Shown in pieces: positions 54,400-64,000 of a stretch of 64,000 bases of DNA; position 1 is the first letter of the stretch, and every line of letters starts with the position of its first letter. The notes under the pieces are model-generated. The model searched no databases. It was not told the origin of the DNA and saw only the letters and a program-made list of their open reading frames with translations. Both the position numbers and the translations under genes were made by a program. The DNA is from the human T2T-CHM13v2.0 reference genome, Homo sapiens. The stretch lies in the NCBI RefSeq assembly GCF_009914755.1, contig NC_060932.1; one strand, given 5' to 3'.

Positions 54400-55250
54400 A
54401 TGTGAACATTTTGAATAATAAATAGGAAAGGTTAATCATTAGTTAATACCCCACTGAAAATAAAAAGAAGTAAGGCTTAATAGCTGTGGTCAAATACCAC
54501 TATTCAATAAGAAATGCTAAAGACGATATGGAAGTGTGGTTTTAGGACATAAAAGGGAAGTGTACATTATTCTTGGCTCACTCACCCTGTGTGTGGGTGA
54601 TGTTAAAAGAAAACAATGCCAAATGAAATCTAAAGGGAATTGGAGTAATAAAGCATCACCAGGTGCACTCTACTTATCCTCACAGAAACTCTAACCAACA
54701 GGTGTATGAAGAAAGCAAATTTGTAATGGCTTTGCAAAATAAGAAATCAGTATTAAAGTCCTCAGAGAAAGGATGCTATGAAAAGATTTATATTAATAAA
54801 TCCAAGAAGATCAGTAAAAAAGTATAGAGAAGGAAAAACCTTCTTCAGCTCCACCATTCTAAGTTTAGGAACCAAACACAGCTATTTGAGAGGGTCTTTG
54901 GGCTAAGGGAGGGAGTAATTTTATTGGGAAGTGAGAAGCCTTTATAATGGAAATGTCTTAACAGGGCTTGGTACTTCTTAGCATATTTACAAGACTCAAA
55001 ATTGTCTGGTTTACCTTTACCAACATTATCTTCGGATATTTATGAACCTGTTGTTAAAATCATGGCTCAGTAATGGGAATCGCTTGACGAACTGAATCCC
55101 AATGGAAGGTTGTCTTACTTAAGACAGAAGATTAGCATGGAAGGTAGAGGCTTCGATATCAAGAAGTTAAACAGATGTAAGAGAAATTACTCTGAAGAAA
55201 ATAAATAGAAAATAGAATGAGACAGACTGTCTTGCAAAATGCTGGAGGGA
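54400..55250 (+). mobile_element. Possible ancient RTE-like LINE RT relic
   Basis: Degenerate NKASPG..ILTETL (~54647-54692) and LSYLRQKISMEG (~55110-55145) resemble non-LTR RT motifs. Confidence 0.35.
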
Positions 55251-55981
55251 AGGGAAATTGGTAGAAAATTTTCCAGTCAGTTATTTTGTAAAATACATAG
55301 AATCTAAAAAAAAAATTTCACCTATTAATTCTATTTTCCCAATTCTATTTTCTCTACTCTAGTTTTCTTAGTATAATATAATTCAAACAATTATTTAACT
55401 GAAAATAATACAGATAAGTATCATCTTTCACTGTACTGTTTTAATAAAAATCACCAAAAATAAGAGGTACTAGAGGGCATAATGCTTGCACAAATAAACA
55501 TTCATGGTGTTAAAATAATTATTTAGGAAACAAAACTTTGGAAATGTTTAGATATTGGTTGTTGTCCCTAAGTGGTGTGCCCTTATGTGAGGATTTGAAA
55601 TATTTAGACTTGGTTCATTTTAATACTGAACAAAATTAAATCAACCAGCTAGTAAAGTACGGCCAGATCTTGTACACTTTTCAGCTCGCAATATTTCCAT
55701 TCACAGTGTGAATGGTGCCTGTATCAATTAGTGTTCAACCAGAGAAAAAGAACCAGTGGGAGATATATAAACAGATTTATTGCAAATGACTGGCTTACAC
55801 AATTGTGGGGTTGGTTGGACAAGTCTGAAGTCTGCAGGGCAAGCCCTAATGAAGGGCAGGCTGGACCTCTTGGGCATGAATTGAATGGCTGCCCACTGGC
55901 AGAATCTCTTCTCCTTCTGGAAAGCCTCAACTCTGCCCTGAAGGCCTTTCAAACACATTTAATCAGTCCCACCCAGGTTTT

Positions 55982-56017
55982 CTACACTTGATCTTAGCCA
56001 AAAGGCCGAGAAGCAAT
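55982..56017 (-). pseudogene. RNU2: U2 snRNA 5' fragment (nt 1-36), tailless retrocopy
   Basis: Reverse complement ATTGCTTCTCGGCCTTTTGGCTAAGATCAAGTGTAG is the U2 5' end with one C>T; TSD C(C/T)A(C/T)CCAGGTTTT. Confidence 0.95.
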
Positions 56018-59000
56018 CTATCCAGGTTTTCTAAGTCAAGTTTCCTTGCGTAAAGTCAACTGACTACGGACTTTTACTACATCTACAAAATTCTTCAATG
56101 ACAGCAACACTCTAGATTAAGTTTGATTGAATAACTAGGGATTAACACAAAAACTGTTCATCACAGTTCACTATGGGTCAATTTGGCATTTAAACACATG
56201 TCCTTAGTTTATACACAATCTCCAAATACAGACAATAACATGAACATACTTCTGCTGTCTGTGGCAAAACTATCCCATATGCAACCAAAAACATGCTCAC
56301 CCTTTCCCCAGAAGACAATGCAAAGTCCTCGGGTGATGTTCACTCTTCTGTAATATAAAGTTAGTTATCATTCTTATGTCTTATATTAGATAACAAGTGA
56401 ATAAGAGGAAAGCAAATATATTTAGTTCACAACAACTAAACAAATATTTAGTTCAAAACAAACATTCACAAAAAATAAGGAAAATACTCATAACTATTAT
56501 AGTCTTCATTTCTGCAACTGATCATATGGTCCTAGCTGATATTGATAACTACACTATAATACTATATTTTCCCACACCCATTCAATATTCCCTTTGCCCT
56601 CAACAAGCATCTTAGCTGGTCATGGTTTTGTGCCAGAGGGGGTGATTCTACCTTCATTCCTAAAGGGTTTGGGTCATTAGAAATCTTACCTAAATTGACT
56701 TCTGTTACTTTTCCATAGACATTAACTACAAGACATGCTAGTACTATGAGTTTCCCCAAGGACTCTTTTGTGTTCTAGAGATATTCTTCATTACCTCCAT
56801 TGTGTACTAGAAGCCCATTTTTTCCTTGGTTATCATGGCCAAACTGTAATAAATATAGTAACCTCATTCTTTTATTGTTCTTTCAGAGGCATGAGTAATC
56901 CAAACTGTTTGTGTGGCAGTCTCAACTTCTAGTTCAGTGGGATCATGTTTTGTCTTCTGGTAGAACCATTTATTCCTTAAAAACTAGAATCTCTAGACTA
57001 GAAAAACTGAAGGTCTTAGAGATGTTTTTAAAAATTGCTGGTAAAACACTAGGGCTAATAGTAAGTGGAACCACTCCCATTTTCCTGCCTTCAATTTTGG
57101 TTATTTGAATTATGACTATGGTAGTAATAGCAGCATATATTGAACATTAATTTAGAGTACATACAGCATCCTGGAGGATGTCCTAGTCCCTGCCCCAGTT
57201 TTTCAATTTATTTCCACCCAACTATTATTATAACTGAGTCTTCACCATGTTATTTCATCATTCTATCAAGCTAGCTGCTTCAGAATGGCAGGGAATATGA
57301 TCATTCTGTAAGCTCATAGTTTTGGCAGAAACATTGCATTCAGGAAAGGCAAATCCATATCCAGACTAAGTGTCTATTTCTTTAAGAAAAAACCACCACC
57401 TGTATCATGGTGGAAGTGGTCCAATGCAATTAAGTTGCCACTAGGTTACCTGGATGATTACCTTAACGAATGAGTCCATATAAAGCACTCAGTGTTGGTC
57501 TCTTCTGCTGGTAGACTGGGCACTCAACAGTGGCCATAGCAAGGTTGGCCTTAGTGAGTAGACATAGTGCTGAGCCCATGCATGGGTAAGCCCATGCGTA
57601 ACTGTCACCATTGAGTAATGACAAGAATGGCTGGGAAATGAAGCTGACTGGTATTGACGGGATGGATCATTCTATTCACTTGATTAATAAAACCCTCCTC
57701 TAGTGAAGCAACCCGTGGTGAGCCTTTACATAAGACATAGATATCTTCAGATTTGGTGCCCACTTAGAGGGTCTCCATCCACATACCTCAGCAATTTTCC
57801 AACAATGTTTTTTCCAAGCCCCTGATCTTTCAGCCAACCCATTGGCTATAGCCTATGAATTAATATAGTCTTAAACCTCTGGCCATTTCTCCTTCTGAGT
57901 AAATAAACAACTGGGTACACTACTCAAATTTCCACCCACTGGGATGGTTTTCCTTCTCCACTGTCTTCAGGAATGTCCACAATGGGCTATAGTGCTTCAG
58001 CCATCCACTTTTGGGTAGTGTCTGCATATTGTGCAGAACCATCACTAAACCAAGCTCAAGTTTTGTCTTCCTCAGTCAACTAGTTGTAGGGAACTGGTTA
58101 TAAGGCCATATCTGCAGACTAGGAGACAGAGTAAGTAGTGCAGCAAGAATTGGGGTCATGAATATTTGGCTCACTTCCTGATTAAACTTGTGCCTCCAGG
58201 GCCTACTTAAGCCTAATTTTATATATAGGACTTCCACATACAATAATGCAATATTTTTGTGCATTCCCAACTTTATGGCTTGTAGAACAGACAACATCCA
58301 ATATGTGAGAGAAAGCTCTGGTCATATGGTTACTTGGTTGCCCATAGCTAAGTGTTCAGTTTAAGGCTTGGTAGCAAGCTAAAAACTGTTTCTCAAAAGG
58401 GGAGCAGTAACGCACAGAGGATTTCAGGGCTTTGCTCCAAAATATAAGGCATCCACTGTATTTCCCCATAAGTGTGCAAAAGTCTTCAAACAATATCTCT
58501 TTCTGCTGCTGACACATCAAACACCATTGCATCTTCTGAATCATATGATCCAAGTGGCAGAGCAGTTTGCACGGCAAACTGGACCTGTTTCAGAGCCTTT
58601 TCTTTTTATACACCTCAGTTAAAACTAGCAGTTTTTTCAAGTCACCCAGTAAATGCTGGAGTACCATACCCAAATAAAGAATATGTTGTCTCCAAAATTT
58701 AAAGAGGCCTTATAAGTGTTGTGCTTCTTTTGCAGTTGTAGGAGAAGCCAGATGAAACAACTTATCCTTCATCTTAGAAGGGATATCTTGCCCTACTGTA
58801 CACCACTGGACCCCCAGAAATTTCACTGAAGTAGAAGGCCGTGGCATTTTTCTAGATTCATTTTTCATCCTTGGACATGCAATTGTCTTACAACTACGTC
58901 TACAGCAGTTGCTATTTCCTGCTTCGCAGGTCCAATCGCCATAATACTCGTCTGTAATAGGCCCGTGTGATATCTTGTAGAAGGGAAAGGCAATCAAAGT

Positions 59001-60099
59001 CCCTGTGGACTAAATTTTAGCTGAATTAATTTATATGGACTAAATATAAGTTTAGAGAGTTGATATACCCTAGAGGCAGGATAGTGCCTCCCGAGTTCAA
59101 GCGAGTTCAAGTGCAGGTTTATCGGTGGCCTTGCCAGCTAGACAAACTACTTCTGCTTGTCTATGTTATCAGATATCAAGAAAAAAGCATTTGACAAATC
59201 GATGGCTGCACACCAGGTACCAAGGGATGTGTTAATTTGCTCAAGCAATTAAATCACATCTGAAACAGCAACTGCAATTTAAGTTCACTTGATTCTGTTC
59301 CTGGATAATCTGTTGTTATTCTCCAAGATCCATCTCTTTTCCACACAGGCAAATAGGCAAGTTGAGTGAGGGTGCGGTGGGAATTGTTACCTCTGCATCC
59401 TGATGTTGGCATTAATGTTTGCAATCCATCCAGAAATAAGATATGGGTTTTAATTTGCTATTTTTCAAAGTAGAGGCAGTTCTATTGGCTTCCTTTTGGT
59501 ATTTTCTTACTATAATAGCTCTCACTTTAGAGGTCAGTAAACCAATATGGGAATTCTGCCAGTTGCTGACTATTTCTATCCAATTATTTATTCTGGAACT
59601 GGAGAAGTAACTGCAGGATGGGTTTGGCGACCCACTGGGTCACTATAAGATGGATCTAAGCTAAAACTCCATTGATCTTCTGACCTCCATAAGCTCTGAC
59701 ACTGACTGGTGGACAAACTCATGTTTTGTCTCCAGAAATTAGTATCAATTCACAGCTGGTGTTCAGTCAGTAACTCTCCAAAAGTTTCATCATTTTCTTT
59801 TCCTCATTGCACAGTCACCTTGATAACAGGCCATGAGTTCCTTTGTGGAAGGCTGAGAGAGAAAGATTAACAATATAAAGTTTTAACCGTGTACCAGGCA
59901 TTCTCCTCAAAAGGACCCAGCCTCCCTTTCATTCAAGGAGTTCTGGGTCTATAAATTAGCTCAAGTTGGGAAACGGGTTAAGGAGCTCAGTCTGTCTGTT
60001 TTGGTGATTCCTGCTAGACTTCTGTTCACTAGATACAGCTCTCTTCTGCTAATATAGATCAAGTACTAATTTAGTAGACTGCCCATCTATTCCTTTTCT

Positions 60100-60397
60100 T
60101 TTCTTTTTTTTTTTTGTGAGATGAAGTCTCACTCTGTGGTGCAGGCTGTAGTGCAGTGGTGCTATCTTGGCTCACTGCAACTGTCACCTTCTGGATTCAA
60201 GCTATTCTCCTGCCTCAGCCACCTAAGTAGCTGGGATTACAGGTGCCCACCATTATGCCTGGTTAATTTTTGTATTTTTAGTAGAGATGGGGTTTCGCCA
60301 TGTTGGCCAGACTGGTCTCGAACTCATGACCTCACGTGATCCACTCACCTCGGCCTCCCAAAGTGCTTGGATTACAGTGTGAGCCACTTGCCTAGCC
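60100..60397 (-). mobile_element. AluS in ERV-L gag
   Basis: TSD CTATTCCTTTTCT. Confidence 0.95.
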
Positions 60398-60584
60398 CTA
60401 TTCCTTTTCTAGGGACATCAGGATAAACTGGAAAACCCCATGGGTTTTGGTGAATCAGATTTTTTTACTACTACCTTGGCTCTGCTGTCCTTTACAGTAG
60501 CCACACCCACCTTGTCTGAGGCAATGAAGAGCCACCACTTGGCCCCTGCCACCCTGAGATATTGTTATACCCATTGCACTTAGA

Positions 60585-60589
<5 letters not shown>

Positions 60590-60620
<31 letters not shown>

Positions 60621-60906
60621 GGCATGGGGATGGAGTCTTGCTCTGTTGCCCAGGCTGGAGTGAAGTGGTGCGATCTCGGCTCACTGCAACCTCCACCTCC
60701 CGAGTTCAAGCGATTCTCCTTCATCAGCCTCCCGAGGAGCGGGGATTATAGGCACCTGCCACCATGCCCGGCTAATTTTTGGATTTTTAGTAGAGACGGG
60801 GTTTCACCATGTTGGCCAGGCTGGTCTCAAACTCCTGACCTCAAGTGATCCACCCACCTGGCCTCCCAAAGTGCTGATATTACATGTGTGAACCACTGTG
60901 GCAGCC
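60590..60906 (-). mobile_element. AluS (Sx/Sz-like) in ERV-L gag
   Basis: Long T tract; TSD ~GAGATCC. Confidence 0.95.
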
Positions 60907-62339
60907 TGAGATCCCATTTTGATGATGTCAGTTCCCACTGTACTTTCTGACCTGAAGAGAGATGAGAGAGCTCTTCAAGGAGGCTGGGACATCCTTCAAA
61001 AATCTATTTCTCAAAGTTGTGGTGAAAACTGTGTCTTACGGACCCTATCAGGTCAATTGAGGAGATCTTTCTTACATGATCTTTCGAACATTCCACTTTT
61101 CTTAAGCCTTTGGATACCTTATGATACAGTGTTACAAGGCAGTTCTAACATTCAGCATTATTTGGCACAGGCCACCTTCAGGTTCATGTTTCTGTGAACC
61201 CACCAACCAAACCAAGCCTTTTCTAACCACTCAAGCTAACCCAAATATTTGATTAGTGGTTCATATCAAGAAATTTGGCTAGATTCAACTTTATATTTCT
61301 TCCACTACAATCTTACATTCTTACAATGCATTCCCACATGAATTCCCCGGGTTTCTGTCTGTATAAACTGGAAACATCGTGCAGTTCTTTTCTCATATGG
61401 CACACCTTCTCACAGCTTACATTTTCTACCTCACCCTTGGGGGCCTGCTGTGGTTGAGTCTAATTATAGGTCTAGAAGCAAAGAGGAGTACTGGCCTTGG
61501 GCCCTAAGGAGAATCAGCAGTATCTTTCACGGCAGTTACCTCAGGGAAAGCCATTACAGTTTCTTCAGGCTAATCTCCTCAGGCAGGGTGTAGAAAGGCT
61601 GCTTCTTGACAAAGAAGACTAAGCTTCATTGTGATCTACCCATATGTCCCCCTTCAAACTTTCAGGATCCCCTCCCTTCCCAGTCAAAGCTCTCTGCTTA
61701 ACAAAAGACACCCTGCAATGTTGAGAATCTAATTTACATTTTAATTTAGCCACTCACAGGGTTAGACTCTGAATTTGGTTTTCAGAAATTCTTGCCCCTG
61801 GGCTACAGATGATAAAGGTTTCTTTCAGGGCAGACAAAGAAGCTTTCAGATTATTTATGTAGAGATTGAACTGAGAATTTGAAACTCTGAGCTTATCCTA
61901 TTCTTTCTCCACTTTCTTTAGTACAATCAGGAATAACCAGCCAAACACATTGTACTCTTTGGTTTTACTAAAATGTTCTAAGGTAGAAAATACGCCGTAA
62001 CCCAAATCTCACCTTTCATAGGTATTTGATTAAGAGTATCCAGTGGCTATATTTTGTATATCTCTATTGTTACACTGTGACATGAACTACCAATGCCCTT
62101 TTTACCACTGGAATAGATCAATAGGTGTCTTTAAATCTAACCATATTAGGGAACCAATTTCAGAAACCCCAGAACCAATACAGAAAACTCACTCATTTGG
62201 CTCTAGAACCCCTTCCGGTATCAAAATCTGTATCAGTTAGGGTTCTCTAGAGAAATATACATGGTGGGAGATATATATTAACATATTTATTACGAGTAAT
62301 TGGCTTATATGATTGTGGGGGCTGGCTGGGCAAGCCAAC

Positions 62340-62711
62340 TGTATTAGTCCATTCTCACTCTGCTATAAGGACATACCCAAGATTGGGTAATTTATCAATG
62401 AAAGTGATTTAATTTACTCACAGTTCCCCAGGACTGGGGAGGCCTCAGGAAACTTACAATCATGGCAGAAGGGGAAGCAAACACATCTTCTTCACAAGGT
62501 GGCAGGAGAGAGAAGAATGAGAGCCGAGCAAAGGGGGAGGCCCCTTATAAAACCATAAGCTCTTGTGAGAACTCACTATCACGAGAACAGGATGGGGAAA
62601 AGCTCCCCCATAATTCAATTACCTTCACCTGGTCACTCCCATGACATGTGGGTATTATTGGAACTACAATTCAAGATGAGATTTGGGTGGGGACACAGCC
62701 GAGCCATATTA
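62340..62711 (-). mobile_element. THE1 (C/D-like) solo LTR inserted in the ERV-L 5' LTR
   Basis: TGTATTAGTCCATTCTCAC...GGGGACACAGCCGAGCCATATTA; TSD CCAAC/CCAAT. Confidence 0.95.
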
Positions 62712-63139
62712 CCAATGTCCTCTAAAATCTGTAGGGAAAGCTACCAGGAAAGGCAGACTGGAACTGCTGGGCATGAGTTGAGCCTGTTGTCCACAGGCAG
62801 AATTTCTTCTCTGTCTGAAACCCTCAGCACTGCTCTTAAGGCCTTTTAACACAATGAATTAGGCTACCCAGGTTTTCTAAGTCAAGCTCACTTACAGAAA
62901 GGCATCTTATTATGAACTTTCATCATGTCTATTAATTGCCTTTACAGAACATCCAGATGGGGATCCAGGTTGAATAACTGAGGTTTTAGCCTAATCAAGC
63001 TGACAAGTAAAACTTACCATAATAGTGCTCATTAGAAATGGTGCTGCCTGAACTCATGAAAGATGTCTGACCATCATTCTGTCATACCCTGATAATACTG
63101 ATAAGAAAATTGGGAATCTAAGAGAACGTAAGGAGAGTG

Positions 63140-63611
63140 ATGGTGACATATTGAACCTAAGGTGATACTACATGATCCCTGTTTCTGGCATTACACTCTT
63201 ATTTTCCCCTCCTCTTCAATGTGGGTAGGACCTGTGACTTGTATCTAACCAATAGAATATGACAAAGGTAATAGGTTGTTATGTGATGTCATAGAAGACT
63301 CCATAGTACCAGCTGACTCAGTCTAGAATCTTGGTGTGCTTGCAGGCTTTGAAGAACAAGCTGCCATGAATCCTGCAGCTACAAGGAAATGAACTCTATT
63401 AACTTGAGTGAGCTTAAAACTAGATCCTTCCCCAGTCAAGCCTCCAGGTGAGAATTCAATCCTGGCTGGCACCTGGATTGCAGCTTACAGAAGACCCAGC
63501 TAAGGCCATGTCTGGACTTTAAATCCACAGGAACTGCAAGGTAACCAATGTGTGCTATTTTAAGCTATTAAGTTGTGGTGATTTGTTACACAGCAGTAGA
63601 AAGCTAATGAA
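63140..63611 (+). mobile_element. MLT1E-like solo LTR
   Basis: GTGGGTAGGACCTGTGACTTG..CTAACCAATAGAATAT...TTTGTTACACAGCAGTAGAAAGCTAAT. Confidence 0.85.
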
Positions 63612-64000
63612 TCCTGTCCTGCCTGGCCCCATGCCTTGTCCTTTCTCTGCTAAGCTATATGTTTCCAAGTAGAGTCCAACTACACTGTACTGCTTTAGAT
63701 GAAGGCACTCAGGGTCAGATGCAGGCTGCCAAGGACACAGTGTTTGTTATCAGCAGAGTGCTGAATTGGAAATTCTCTTCCACTGAAAATTTAAGGAAAC
63801 TAACTGAGGGGTTTGTGACAAACTTGAAAGCAGGAGTTAAAGTGGTTCTGCAGAAGCTGTTGCCGTTAATGGTGTTAAAAATGACCAGAAGGCAGAGAAA
63901 GATCAAGATAAATGACATTGTTTCACAACATAGAGACCTTTGGAAAATGAGAAAAGGATGGTTTCTGTGGTCTAAAGGGAGATAAATTAGATTATGTCAG

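Larger units (their letters stand above)
56560..62200 (-). pseudogene. Degenerate ERV-L gag-pol (RT, RNase H, integrase/dUTPase region)
   Basis: Peptides PSTSVKFLGVQWC..DKLFHLASPTTAKEAQ, FWSKAL..SPFEKQFLACY and AWFSDGSAQY; many stops and frameshifts. Confidence 0.85.
55720..63024 (-). mobile_element. Full ERV-L provirus (MLT2B-type LTRs, ERVL internal)
   Basis: 3' LTR 55720-56165; 5' LTR 62229-63024 (split by THE1). TSD GTGCC/GTGCT. PBS-like TGATACCGGAAGGGG next to the 5' LTR. Confidence 0.92.

Noticed and set aside
58076-58997. RT-like ORFs as a possible domesticated gene
   Set aside because: Fragmented by frameshifts and stops; the catalytic YxDD region is corrupted
63780-64000. Possible pogo/Tigger transposase relic and 108-aa ORF
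   Set aside because: Similarity too weak to call; truncated by the window edge

Overview
Primate (human-like) non-coding genomic DNA. AluJ/S/Y, L1PA-L1ME, MIR, L2, THE1, MLT and HSMAR2 repeats are all recognisable. I find no supportable intact protein-coding gene: the listed ORFs that can be explained come from Alu, L1, ERV or simple repeats. Main elements: (1) a full-length, dead HSMAR2 mariner (5871-7182); (2) a complete ERV-L provirus on the minus strand with paired MLT2B-type LTRs and a 5-bp TSD (55720-63024); its 3' LTR carries a 36-nt tailless U2 snRNA retrocopy, and the empty site survives in the 5' LTR; (3) an older MLT1/ERVL-like provirus remnant (~41040-45960); (4) an internally deleted L1M in which 5'UTR-like sequence is fused to the 3' end inside one 17-bp TSD, containing a 71-bp fold-back palindrome (26340-28025); (5) many short tandem duplications, fold-backs and templated-insertion scars. 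One non-repeat, CpG-bearing exon-like island (47650-47945) and a possible ancient RTE-like LINE relic (54400-55250) are unexplained. Repeat subfamily names are from remembered consensus sequences, not from a search. I see no clear evidence of a new biological system; the findings are mostly transposon and DNA-repair history.
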